From: an uncultured Actinomycetota bacterium
GTDB taxonomy: Bacteria > Actinomycetota > Actinomycetes > Actinomycetales > Dermatophilaceae
Direction of reading: 5' to 3'
Length of the DNA: 64,000 nt
Assembly (NCBI GenBank): GCA_963800505.1
Contig: CAWDBL010000024.1
Span: forward strand, 878-64,877
The notes below the pieces were generated by a model. That model searched no databases. It had not been told where the DNA came from and was given only the letters and a program-made list of their open reading frames with translations. Both the position numbers and the translations under genes were made by a program. Below, in pieces: positions 1 to 8,797 of this stretch (position 1 is its first letter; each line of letters begins with the position of its first letter).

Positions 1-238
1 CTCCGGAGGAAGGCGCCGCGGAGGGAACGAGCGCATCGTCACGCACCAGCCACACCTGTGGACCCGTGCCGGGAACCGAAGGACGTGCCGACGGATCGGA
101 ACCGGACGGGCTCAGGAGGTCGTAGGGCACCACTGGAACGGACTGGGCCATGGAGGAGGTGGGCACGCCGCAGCCCGCGACCGCGGCGCAGAAGACGAGG
201 ATCCCCCCCAGTGCGCCCGATGCCGACCGTCTCGTCAT
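1..238 (-). CDS. LpqB-like (GerMN-type) lipoprotein, N-terminal fragment running off the window start
   Basis: The reverse frame is open to position 1. ATG 238..236 overlaps the kinase stop (ATGA). Translation is MTRRSASGALGGILVFCAAVAGCGVPTS..., a signal peptide plus lipobox (VAGC). Its position after the RR-HK pair mirrors MtrA-MtrB-LpqB architecture. Confidence 0.55.
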   Translation of the reverse strand, partial: MTRRSASGALGGILVFCAAVAGCGVPTSSMAQSVPVVPYDLLSPSGSDPSARPSVPGTGPQVWLVRDDALVPSAAPSSG

Positions 239-1614
239 ACCACCACCTCCCCATCGGGGGCCGAGGGCAGACTCATCACGAAGGTCGCGCCACCGCCCGG
301 GGTCTCCTCGCACCACACGCTTCCCCCACCGGCTCGGACCGTCTCTGCCACCAGGCTCAGGCCGAGACCGGCGCCCGGGCGGGACCCCCTCGAGCCCACC
401 CGCACGAACCGCTCGAAGATCCGCTCCCGCTCCGACTCCTCGACGCCCGGTCCCGTGTCGACGACGCGCACCTGCACAGCCGTCCCACCGCGGCGGATGA
501 CCACGTGCTGCACACCCCCACCATGCAGGTCGGCATTGTCGAACAGGTTGACCAGGGCGCGGTGCAGAACCTGCTTGTCACCCTGGACCACCAACGACCC
601 AGGGTCGGCGGTCACCACCTGGGGAGAGCGGTGGCTCTCCTCCAGCGCGTGAGTGACGAGGTCGGCGACATCCACGCACTCCTTGCCGGATGCCGCCACC
701 GTGGCGTCCAGCCGCCCCAGCTCCAGCAGGTGCTCGAGCGCACGGTGCAGCCGCCTCACCTCGCGGTCGACGAGGTCCAGGGCCGCCTGACGTCGCGCCG
801 CCGTCGGGCCTTCGGCCGACCGCAGCAGGGAGATGCTGGTCATCAAGGTGGTCACCGGGGAACGCAGCTCGTGCGCAACATCCGCGGCGAAGCGTGCATC
901 GCGCTGGATGCGGTCGTCAAGGGCCTGCACCATCGTGTTGAAGGAGCCCACGATGACGGCGAGGTCGGGATCGGTCGTGGGCTCGAGGCGAGTGCTCATC
1001 TCCCCAGCGGCGATGCTCGCCGCGGCCGTCGCCACCTCGTCGAGGGGTGCGACCACCCGCGCCGAGGCCATGCGCCCGATGGCGGCTCCGCTGATGGTGG
1101 TCACCAGGGCGAACGAGCCCAGGACCAGGGCAAGTGTCTTCAGGGTCGAGTCGAGCTCCTCGGTGGGTGACAGCTCGTAGAACGTGGCGTCGACCGAGGG
1201 GATCGGGACTCCCACGGCAAGCACCGGCTGCTCGTCGAGCAGCCCCCACGCGCGTGCGGCGCTCCCCGCCTCCACCATCCTCTGGACCCCGGCGGGCACG
1301 GCATCCGCCCCCTCGTTGAGGGATGACGAGTACCAGCGGTCGCCCCGGTTGACGACGATCACGGCCCCGGGCGGGGGCGAGGTGCTGTCGAGGACGTCGC
1401 TGACCTGCGAGCCCGAGGTCAGCAACCCGTCCCGCACGAACGCGGCATCCACGAATGCCTGCCGGGCCGCCGTGGCCTGACGCTGCTCGACCAGGAAGTG
1501 TCTGGCCGTCAGGTACGTGCCGACGGCGAGCACCGCAGAGATCGCCAGGGCCAGGGCCGCGAACGAGATCGTCGCGGTGGTGCGGACCCCCAGGGGGGAG
1601 CGCACCAGCCTCAC
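235..1614 (-). CDS. Two-component sensor histidine kinase (MtrB-like architecture: TM, HAMP, HisKA, HATPase)
   Basis: ORF 235..1812 trimmed to GTG 1614 (GTGA overlap with the RR stop). H-box 'AADVAHELRSPVT', N-box 'LVNLFDNADLHG', G1 'DTGPGV', G2 'GAGLGLSLV'. Confidence 0.85.
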   Translation of the reverse strand: MRLVRSPLGVRTTATISFAALALAISAVLAVGTYLTARHFLVEQRQATAARQAFVDAAFVRDGLLTSGSQVSDVLDSTSPPPGAVIVVNRGDRWYSSSLNEGADAVPAGVQRMVEAGSAARAWGLLDEQPVLAVGVPIPSVDATFYELSPTEELDSTLKTLALVLGSFALVTTISGAAIGRMASARVVAPLDEVATAAASIAAGEMSTRLEPTTDPDLAVIVGSFNTMVQALDDRIQRDARFAADVAHELRSPVTTLMTSISLLRSAEGPTAARRQAALDLVDREVRRLHRALEHLLELGRLDATVAASGKECVDVADLVTHALEESHRSPQVVTADPGSLVVQGDKQVLHRALVNLFDNADLHGGGVQHVVIRRGGTAVQVRVVDTGPGVEESERERIFERFVRVGSRGSRPGAGLGLSLVAETVRAGGGSVWCEETPGGGATFVMSLPSAPDGEVVV

Positions 1615-2333
1615 ACCGGGTCCAGTCGGTACCCGAGCCCGCGGACGGTCACCAGCAGGGTCGGCTGGGCCGGGTCGACCTCGATCTTGGTCCGGAGTCG
1701 GCGCACATGGACGTCCACGATGCGCTCGTCGCCGAAGTACCCGTGGTCCCAGACCCGTTCCAGGAGCGACCGGCGGCTCAGCACATGGCCTCGGGCGTCG
1801 GCCATCTCGCACAGCAGGCGGAACTCCGTCACCGTCAGGTGCACCGGGTCGTCCCCACGACGAAGGACACCCGCTGCGCCGTCCAGCACCATCGGACCAT
1901 GAGCGCTGTCGAGGACCTGCGGCTGAGCGACCACCGGCGCGCTGTCGACCTGCACGGGCGGGCGCACGGGAGGTCGACGCCGCAACGCACGCAGCCTGGC
2001 GCTCACTTCCTTGATCTCGAACGGCTTGGTGACGTAGTCGTCCGCTCCGGCCTCCAGGGCCGCCACGATGTCGTGGGTGTCGGCCTTCGCGCTCAGCACG
2101 ATGATCGGCACGTCGGTCACCCGGCGGACCTCCCGGATGAAGGCGAAGCCGTCCATGCCACCGAGCATGAGGTCGACGAGCATCAGGTCCACACCGAGCG
2201 CCCCGCGGTCCTGCAGCGCAGCCTCAGCCGAGTCGTGGCACGTGGTCAGATATCCCTCGTCCTCCAGCGCCATCGAGAGCGACTCGCGGATTCCGTCGTC
2301 GTCCTCGAGGACGAGCAGGCTCACAGACACCAC
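1611..2333 (-). CDS. OmpR/PhoB-family response regulator
   Basis: Receiver domain 'LLVLEDDD...DLMLVDLMLGGMDG...KPF'. Winged-helix 'LTVTEFRLL...VDVHVRRLRTKIE...TVRGLGYRL'. Unusually long Pro/Val-rich linker. Confidence 0.9.
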   Translation of the reverse strand: MVSVSLLVLEDDDGIRESLSMALEDEGYLTTCHDSAEAALQDRGALGVDLMLVDLMLGGMDGFAFIREVRRVTDVPIIVLSAKADTHDIVAALEAGADDYVTKPFEIKEVSARLRALRRRPPVRPPVQVDSAPVVAQPQVLDSAHGPMVLDGAAGVLRRGDDPVHLTVTEFRLLCEMADARGHVLSRRSLLERVWDHGYFGDERIVDVHVRRLRTKIEVDPAQPTLLVTVRGLGYRLDPV

Positions 2334-2388
2334 TGCAGTCTCTCAGTGCCGCACGGCCGAAAGGGCTGGCCGAGCGCGCCGGGGCCGA

Positions 2389-2403
2389 AGTTGTCACACA
2401 ACT
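2389..2403. promoter_or_regulatory. Inverted repeat AGTTGT-CAC-ACAACT in the divergent RR / STAS intergenic region (possible operator)
   Basis: Perfect 6-bp arms with a 3-nt spacer, read directly from the sequence. No binding protein is assigned. Confidence 0.25.
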
Positions 2404-2471
2404 GTAAAGGGCCCGTCCCGGCGTTCGTCATCCGAGGTGGGCATGCTCCTGCACATGTCCAGGCGCACACC

Positions 2472-2798
2472 ATGACCACCATGACCACCACGACCGGCGG
2501 GCGGGCGCCCGAGGGCCAGGGCGCGGTCAGGGTACGGCTGCAGAACGAGTCGATGTCGGCGGACCTCGCCCTGCTCAGGAGCCAGGTCGCTGCAGGGGTG
2601 GTCCAGGGCCGTGGCGTGCTGCTGGACGTCTCCGCCGTGGAGCAGATCTCCTCCCCCACCGTGGCCGCGATCCTCTGGGCTCGTCGCAGCTGCGCCGCCC
2701 GCAACCTGCCGTTCACCGTGACGGGGCACCGGGCGTGCAACCACCGCCTCCTGCGCTCGTGCGGGCTCGTCGACACCGCACCGAGGCCCGGCGCGTGA
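2472..2798 (+). CDS. STAS-domain protein (anti-sigma-factor antagonist, SpoIIAA/RsbV-like)
   Basis: C-terminal part of ORF 1455..2798 starting at ATG 2472. 'VLLDVSAVEQISSPTVAAILWARRSC...LPFTVTG' matches the STAS pattern, including a Ser at the usual phospho-site region. Confidence 0.7.
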   Translation: MTTMTTTTGGRAPEGQGAVRVRLQNESMSADLALLRSQVAAGVVQGRGVLLDVSAVEQISSPTVAAILWARRSCAARNLPFTVTGHRACNHRLLRSCGLVDTAPRPGA

Positions 2799-3313
2799 GC
2801 CGGGTCGTCGGGTCGGCCCTGCTCAACCACAAGGCCGACGAATGCTGGTCCATGACGTGCATCGAGTACCCCAAGGGCCTCGCCCTGTTGGAGCCCCGTC
2901 CGACCATGACGCGAGTCATCGTGGCCGACAGCACGAACACCTTCGCCGGACCCGCGGACCCGGACGCCTACTCCACGGCGGCCTGCACGCGCGATGGCGA
3001 GCTGGCGCTCGTCGTGCGAAATTCCCCACCCGCCCTGGTCATCGGGTCGACCGGGTGCCGGACCCTGCCGGCAGCCGGCGCGAGTCACGAGTGCGTACGG
3101 CTCGTCCCTGGCGAGCGACTCCTGCTGCTGTCCTGTGCGGCCTTCGAGAGCATGCCCGAGGTGCTGGCCAACGGCATCGCCAACGTCCCGGCCCACCTGG
3201 CTGCCCAGGACCCCGACGACCTCTTGCTGGAGATCTTCCACGAGCTCGGGCACGGCGCCGGTGCAGTGATCGACCGACTCCCCGTCCCGTTGCCGCAAGG
3301 AGCCTCGTCATGA
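2795..3313 (+). CDS. Hypothetical protein, possibly a degenerate PP2C/SpoIIE-like domain
   Basis: GTG 2795 overlaps the STAS stop (GTGA). 'VRLVPGERLLLLSCAAFESMPEVL' resembles the 'pGD.lllyTDGl' strand-loop of RsbU/SpoIIE phosphatases, but I cannot see the catalytic Asp motifs. Confidence 0.45.
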   Translation: MSRVVGSALLNHKADECWSMTCIEYPKGLALLEPRPTMTRVIVADSTNTFAGPADPDAYSTAACTRDGELALVVRNSPPALVIGSTGCRTLPAAGASHECVRLVPGERLLLLSCAAFESMPEVLANGIANVPAHLAAQDPDDLLLEIFHELGHGAGAVIDRLPVPLPQGASS

Positions 3314-3498
3314 ACGCGTCCCCCGAGTTCGTCTCCGCCCTCGAGGAGGAGCGATCCACGGCACGCACGAAGCTTCGTGTCGCCAGCACCGAGAGCGACC
3401 GGTTCGATGCGCTGGGACGTCTCGCCGACCTCGACGAGCTCGCCCGGCGGGCCCTGGACGGAGTCCCGGAACGCGGCGGCGATCATGCTCCGGCCTGA
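3310..3498 (+). CDS. Small hypothetical protein (62 aa), third gene of the STAS mini-operon
   Basis: ATG 3310 overlaps the preceding stop (ATGA). Helical, charged sequence with no recognisable family. Confidence 0.4.
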   Translation: MNASPEFVSALEEERSTARTKLRVASTESDRFDALGRLADLDELARRALDGVPERGGDHAPA

Positions 3499-3535
3499 GC
3501 CTCCCCGCGCGTCTGAAGCAGTAGCGTGAGGAGCC

Positions 3536-3910
3536 ATGGATGCACTTGGCCTCACCCAGCTCATGGACCTCGAGCGCCGCGGCTGGGACTCTCTCACCCG
3601 GTCCGCGGGCGGCGACTTCTACGGGCGGCTGATGACTCCCGACGCCGTCATGGTCCTCGTCAACGGCATGGTCCTTGATCGTGACACCATCGCGAGCTCG
3701 CTCGACGACGCCCCGCCATGGGCGTGGTACGAGCTGCGCGAGGAGCGACTGGTGGAGGTCGGCGGAGACGCAGCAGCCCTGGTCTACCTGGCCCACGCGT
3801 CGCGCGAGGGCCAGAGCGAACCGTTCGTCGCGCTGATGTCCAGCGTCTACCGGATGGTCGACGACCAGCCTCGCCTCGTCCTGTACCAGCAGACGGCCAT
3901 CACCCACTGA
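3536..3910 (+). CDS. SnoaL-like / DUF4440 (NTF2-fold) protein
   Basis: 124 aa. 'LERRGWDSL...FYGRLMTPDAVMVLVNG...' is typical of NTF2-like small proteins. Confidence 0.65.
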   Translation: MDALGLTQLMDLERRGWDSLTRSAGGDFYGRLMTPDAVMVLVNGMVLDRDTIASSLDDAPPWAWYELREERLVEVGGDAAALVYLAHASREGQSEPFVALMSSVYRMVDDQPRLVLYQQTAITH

Positions 3911-3933
3911 ACGCAGTGGCTCCTCCCTCGGCG

Positions 3934-5172
3934 TCAGCGGAGCCCGATGTCGGTGGGTGAGAGCGCGTCCACCGCCGGCGACACCGACAGCCCTTGATGG
4001 CGCGCGATCGCCTCGGTCACCGCGGGCCGGTGCTCTGGCCGGGCTGCGGACTGCAGATCTCGCAGTGCGATCTGGAGGCGGCGTCCGACGCGGGGGCTGT
4101 CCCTGCCCCAGTGGGCGATCTCGTCGAAGGCGAGGGCGAGGTAGTCGGCGAACTGCGGCTGTGGCACCCACACGACCAGACGTCCATCCCCGGATGTGCG
4201 TTGCCGTGGGGTCAGCGCTCGGGTGGCGAGGAGGCGCACGAGGTCGTGCAGGTGGTCCAGCGCCTGCACCGCGGTCGTGGGGTCGTTGGTGCCAGGGGAG
4301 AGAGCGCGCTCGGCGATGTCGACCAGTTGACGCAGGCCGAAGCCGACGTCCTGGTCCATGCTGCGCTCACGCCCGACCTTCACGGCGGCATGCACCAGGC
4401 CGTCATCGAACGGCGCCTCCCCGTGCACGAGCGCGAGCGGGGCACCGGTCGCGACGAACTCCCCGACCGCGCGGATCAGCTCGATGCAGACCCCCTGGCT
4501 CTCGGCGGCTCCAGCCAGCGCGTCGTCATCGACCCGCTGCACCACACCGGGGCGCTCGGCCGAGATGGTTCGGGTGGGTTGGCCCCGCGGGGACAGTGCC
4601 GGCTCGGGCTGCGCGCCAGCGGGGAAGCGGTCGTCCAGCAGGGCCCGGGTGTCGTCCGCGATGGAGGCCAGGATGGTCGCAGCGCGGATGGACTGTGCGA
4701 TGTGGTGGATGAAGGCGAGGAACACCAGCACCGAGGCCAGGACGAACGCGAAGGCGAAGGTGACACCGAGCTGGGGGACGAATGGCTCGACCTGGGCAGT
4801 GCCCCGCACCCCCCGCAGGACCACCAGCCCGTAGACGAAGGTTGCGACGAAGACCCCGAGGGCGACCTGGTTGAACCTGTCCTGGAGGAACGAGCGCAGC
4901 ACCCTGGGTGAGAACTGGCTGCTGGTCAGCTGCAGGACCACGATGGTGATCGAGAAGACCAGACCGGTGAACGAGATCATCGAGGTGATGATCGCTGCCA
5001 GCAGCGCCCGTGCCCCTTCGGGACCGCCGGCGAACAGGAACGGCAGGCGCAGCGAGGTGTCCAAGGAGTCATCGACCGCCGTTACGCCAAGCGCGAGAAG
5101 GCTTGCGGCCAAGGCGAACAGCAACGGAATCGCCCAGAAGCGGTGGGCCAGGGCCACCAGTGCCGCCTTCAC
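3934..5172 (-). CDS. DUF2254-family membrane protein
   Basis: ORF 3934..5805 trimmed to GTG 5172 (GTGA overlap with the upstream gene stop). Four N-terminal TM helices plus a soluble C-terminal domain ('LQLTSSQFSPRVLRSFL' motif). Confidence 0.8.
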   Translation of the reverse strand: MKAALVALAHRFWAIPLLFALAASLLALGVTAVDDSLDTSLRLPFLFAGGPEGARALLAAIITSMISFTGLVFSITIVVLQLTSSQFSPRVLRSFLQDRFNQVALGVFVATFVYGLVVLRGVRGTAQVEPFVPQLGVTFAFAFVLASVLVFLAFIHHIAQSIRAATILASIADDTRALLDDRFPAGAQPEPALSPRGQPTRTISAERPGVVQRVDDDALAGAAESQGVCIELIRAVGEFVATGAPLALVHGEAPFDDGLVHAAVKVGRERSMDQDVGFGLRQLVDIAERALSPGTNDPTTAVQALDHLHDLVRLLATRALTPRQRTSGDGRLVVWVPQPQFADYLALAFDEIAHWGRDSPRVGRRLQIALRDLQSAARPEHRPAVTEAIARHQGLSVSPAVDALSPTDIGLR

Positions 5173-5684
5173 GCGCTCGGGCCCCCGAGGTCCCGGGTGT
5201 CGGAGTGGTCGAGCACCGTGGGCACCTCCGTGAGGATGCTCAGTGAGCCATCCGTCTCGAGCACGACGGCCGCCCCGGCTCCGAGCCGCGGATGACCTGC
5301 CGTCCGCGCAGCCTGCCGGATCTCGTCCTCGGTGATGCGCATCCGCCGCATCGGTCCGGTGAGGAACCCGTGGTGGTACACCAATGTCGGTTCGGACTTC
5401 ACGAGCCCTTCCACGGCGCTGCTGCGTACTGACAGCCACGCGACGAGGAACTGCAGGGCGACCAGGAGCGCCATGGCCGCAACGCCTTCGACCAGTGCGA
5501 CGTCGGCCGACAGCAGCACCGTTGCGAGGGTCGAGCCCAGCGCCACGGTGACGACGAAGTCGAAGGCGTTGAGCTTCGCCAGTGTTCGCTTGCCGGACAC
5601 CCGAAGCACTGCGAGGAGCGAGACGTAGGCACACGTTCCCACGACCAGAACACGCACCACACCCGCCCAGTCGTCGAAGAACAC
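5169..5684 (-). CDS. DUF421 (YetF-like) membrane protein
   Basis: ORF 5169..6302 trimmed to GTG 5684, preceded by GGAGGG at 6 nt. 'RVSGKRTLAKLNAFDFVVTVALGS' is the DUF421 hallmark. Confidence 0.8.
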   Translation of the reverse strand: MFFDDWAGVVRVLVVGTCAYVSLLAVLRVSGKRTLAKLNAFDFVVTVALGSTLATVLLSADVALVEGVAAMALLVALQFLVAWLSVRSSAVEGLVKSEPTLVYHHGFLTGPMRRMRITEDEIRQAARTAGHPRLGAGAAVVLETDGSLSILTEVPTVLDHSDTRDLGGPSA

Positions 5685-5940
5685 GTGAATCCCTCCGGCT
5701 GGTAGGTGGTCTCGGAGAGTATCGCGCCGTAGGACGGCGGGGCCGGGAAAGGACCGGGCGAACGTCGTGCGGGGCCCGGAACCGTCCGCAGCGGCCGCGG
5801 ACCACCGAGGCGCGCGGCGTGCTGCGGTGGCACCAGCCCGTCCGTGCCCTTCCCTGGGTGTCCGCGGGAGTCCGTTACGAATCACTGACGTCTGACGGTG
5901 CCGGGTCCACGGTTGGTGGACAGTGACATAGCGTGCCCCC

Positions 5941-7035
5941 ATGGGACGCTCGTGGCGTTGGCTGGTGGTGCTCGCCGTCGTGGCGACACTGGCCGCCTTG
6001 CCACTCCTCGTCGCACACGTGCCGCTGGGGTCGGCCAGCGACGCCGCGACCGTCCTGACCCGGATGCGCGCCTCCGCCGATCGCCCGTATGCCGGGTATG
6101 CCGAGTCCTCGGGCTCGCTGGCCCTCCCTGCGTCGGAGGTACTCGACGACGTGAGCACGCTCCTCGGCGGCCGGACCCAGGTGCGGGTGTGGTGGCGGGC
6201 GGCGGATGACTGGCGCGTCGACACCCTGACCCCCACTGGCGAGAACGACCAGTACGCCGTCGACCTCGGGACCGCCAGCTGGGACTCCGAGGACAACGTC
6301 ATGTCCTACGGCGAGGCCGACCTGGGTCAGGTCCGGTTGCCGCGGTCGCGCGATGTGGTGCCGCCACAGCTCGCCGCCCGTCTGCTCGGCGGGGCCACCG
6401 TTGATCGCCTCACGGCCCTGCCGCCGCGGCTGGTGGCGGGTGGCGTGGCCGAGGGTCTGCGCTTCCGCCCCGACGACCCGCTCGGCAGCATCGAGCGGGT
6501 CGACGTCTGGTCCGACAGGGGGTCCGGGATCCCTGTACGCGTCGATGTCTACGGTCGAGGGGCGCAGGTTCCCGCCATGTCGAGCACCTTCCTCGACTTC
6601 AGCACCGCCACGCCAGAACCGTCGGCGACCCGCTTCGTGCCACCCGCGGGCTCCCGCGTTGGCAGGGGCCGGCGCTTCGACCTGGTGCGCGCGGTGGGTC
6701 GGGTCCCCGACCCCGGCCTGCCGCAGGACCTGCTGGGTTACTCACGGCTGCCCACGACGCCCGGCCTCGAAGGGGTCGCCCAGTACGGTCGCGGCACCAC
6801 CCAGTTCGCCGTCGGGGTGCTGCCCGGGCGCGCCGCGCGCTCGCTGCGCCAGCAGCTCTCGTTCGCTGCGGGGTCCACCGCGCTACCCGAGGGCGTGGCG
6901 CTGTCGGTGGGGCCGCTGGCACTGCTGCTGACCGACCCCGCGGTCACCGGCGAGACCATGCTGCTCGCTGGGACGCTCACCCCCGAAGGACTGGCGATGG
7001 CGGCCGCCGACCTGCGCTCGGCGACGAGCCGATGA
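5941..7035 (+). CDS. Secreted/membrane-anchored hypothetical protein (LolA/RseB-like fold suspected), coupled to the ABC transporter
   Basis: N-terminal signal/anchor 'WRWLVVLAVVATLAALPLLVA'. Its stop overlaps the ABC ATPase ATG (ATGA at 7032). Confidence 0.6.
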   Translation: MGRSWRWLVVLAVVATLAALPLLVAHVPLGSASDAATVLTRMRASADRPYAGYAESSGSLALPASEVLDDVSTLLGGRTQVRVWWRAADDWRVDTLTPTGENDQYAVDLGTASWDSEDNVMSYGEADLGQVRLPRSRDVVPPQLAARLLGGATVDRLTALPPRLVAGGVAEGLRFRPDDPLGSIERVDVWSDRGSGIPVRVDVYGRGAQVPAMSSTFLDFSTATPEPSATRFVPPAGSRVGRGRRFDLVRAVGRVPDPGLPQDLLGYSRLPTTPGLEGVAQYGRGTTQFAVGVLPGRAARSLRQQLSFAAGSTALPEGVALSVGPLALLLTDPAVTGETMLLAGTLTPEGLAMAAADLRSATSR

Positions 7036-7985
7036 CCTCACCTGACAGCACGGCCACCGTGATCCGGACCGACGGTCTCACCAAGGTCTTCGGCTCGGTC
7101 TCGGCGGTGGTCGACCTCGACCTGGCCGTCCGCTCGGGGGACATCTACGGGTTCCTCGGCTCGAACGGCTCGGGCAAGACGACGACGGTGCGCTGCCTGC
7201 TGGGGCTCGTGCTGCCCACCTCGGGGAAGATCGAGCTCTTCGGACAGGAGATGCCCAAGGCGTCCGGCGTCGTGCTGGAGCGGGTCGGTGCCCTGGTGGA
7301 GGGACCGGCCGCGTACGGGCACCTCTCCGGGCTGGCCAACCTCATGCTCCTCGACGCGAGTGGGAAGACACCCGCGGGCCCGCTCGGGGGTGGCCGGCGC
7401 GACCGCCGGGACCGCGCCTCGCACGCCTTGGGCCTCGTCGGCCTGCAGTCTGTCGGCCGGCGACCGGTGCGTGGCTACTCGCTGGGCATGCGGCAACGGC
7501 TCGGCCTGGCCGCAGCAATGCTGCGCCAGCCGGAGCTGCTCGTCCTTGACGAGCCGACCAACGGGCTGGACCCGAGCGGCATCCGTGAGATCCGCGAGCT
7601 GCTCGGGACCCTGCACGACGCCGGGACGACGATCTTCCTGTCGAGCCACCTGCTCGCCGAGGTGGAGCAGCTGTGCACCCGGATCGGGCTGCTGGACCGC
7701 GGCCGGCTCGTACTCGAGCAGGACCTCGCCGTGCTCCAGGCACCCACCGGACGGGTCGTCATCGTGACCCCGGACCCGCATCGCGCCGCCGCGCTGCTCG
7801 GCGGGGCGGTCGAGGAACGCGACGGGGAGCGGCTGGTCGTCCGGGCAGGGGACCCCGGAGACCTCAACGCCCGTCTCGTCGGCGCCGGAGTCGTGGTGCG
7901 TGAGCTCGGCCCCGAGCGGCGCTCGCTCGAGGACGTCATCGACGAGCACACCAGCCGTCGCAGCCAGGACGAGGTGGCCCGGTGA
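7032..7985 (+). CDS. ABC transporter ATP-binding protein (ABC-2 exporter type)
   Basis: Walker A 'GSNGSGKTT', signature 'YSLGMRQRL', Walker B 'LLVLDEPTNGLD'. Confidence 0.9.
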   Translation: MTSPDSTATVIRTDGLTKVFGSVSAVVDLDLAVRSGDIYGFLGSNGSGKTTTVRCLLGLVLPTSGKIELFGQEMPKASGVVLERVGALVEGPAAYGHLSGLANLMLLDASGKTPAGPLGGGRRDRRDRASHALGLVGLQSVGRRPVRGYSLGMRQRLGLAAAMLRQPELLVLDEPTNGLDPSGIREIRELLGTLHDAGTTIFLSSHLLAEVEQLCTRIGLLDRGRLVLEQDLAVLQAPTGRVVIVTPDPHRAAALLGGAVEERDGERLVVRAGDPGDLNARLVGAGVVVRELGPERRSLEDVIDEHTSRRSQDEVAR

Positions 7986-8797
7986 ACCACGTTGAGCTCA
8001 CCAAGCTCTTCGGGAGGCGGCGAACCTGGGTCGCGATCCTGCTGCTCAACCTCCTGCCCACCATCGTGGCGGCCCTGCTGGCATGGACGGGCATCGCGCC
8101 ACGGCCCGGCACCGGCCCAGCCTTTCTCAGTGCCGTCTCGGCGAACGGGTCGTTGTTCGCCATAGCGGCGCTCGCCATCGTCCTTCCCCTCTTCCTGCCG
8201 GTGTCGATCGCCGTCGTGGCCGGGGAGTCGGTGGCCGGAGAGGCCCAGGCCGGCACCTTGCGCTACCTGCTCGTCCGGCCGGTGGGTCGAACCCGGCTCC
8301 TGGTGCGCAAGCTGGCCGCGATCACCGCCTTCGTGCTCGTCGCGGTGCTGTCGGTCGCCGGGGTCGGTTTCCTGGTGGGTCGGCTGCTGCTGGGCAACGC
8401 CCCAGTCTCCGGAGCCATGCTCAGCCTGTCCGGCTCGGCCCTGACACCGGGGCAGGTCGCCTGGCGCAGCGCCGCCGCCATCGCGTTCGTCACGATCTCG
8501 ATGTTGGGGGTGGCCTCTCTCGCGCTCTTGCTCTCCACGATGACCGACTCCCCGCAGTCGGCGACCCTGGGCGCCCTTGCCTTCCTCATCGGCTCCTCCC
8601 TCCTCCTGACGGTGGACGCGGCTCGCCCGCTCCAGCCCTACCTCCCCACCCGGTACTGGCTCTCCTTCGTCGACCTCTACCGGGACCCGATCCTGTGGAG
8701 CAACATCCAGCGCGGGATCGGTCTGCAGCTGCTCTACGTCGCCGTCTTCCTCGGCGCCGCCTGGGCCAACTTCACGACCCGCGATGTCACGAGCTAG
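7982..8797 (+). CDS. ABC-2 family transporter permease
   Basis: GTGA overlap with the ATPase stop. Six predicted TM segments. Confidence 0.8.
   Translation: MNHVELTKLFGRRRTWVAILLLNLLPTIVAALLAWTGIAPRPGTGPAFLSAVSANGSLFAIAALAIVLPLFLPVSIAVVAGESVAGEAQAGTLRYLLVRPVGRTRLLVRKLAAITAFVLVAVLSVAGVGFLVGRLLLGNAPVSGAMLSLSGSALTPGQVAWRSAAAIAFVTISMLGVASLALLLSTMTDSPQSATLGALAFLIGSSLLLTVDAARPLQPYLPTRYWLSFVDLYRDPILWSNIQRGIGLQLLYVAVFLGAAWANFTTRDVTS

Noticed and set aside
39-254. 71-aa reverse ORF at the window start
   Set aside because: A different reverse frame, open to the window edge, encodes a convincing signal peptide plus lipobox and starts with an ATGA overlap on the kinase stop. The 71-aa ORF is the wrong frame.
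58-2471. Forward ORFs 58..1170 and the first ~340 codons of 1455..2798, antisense to the kinase and regulator
   Set aside because: These are shadow frames. Only the last 108 codons of 1455..2798 (from ATG 2472) look like a real protein (STAS).
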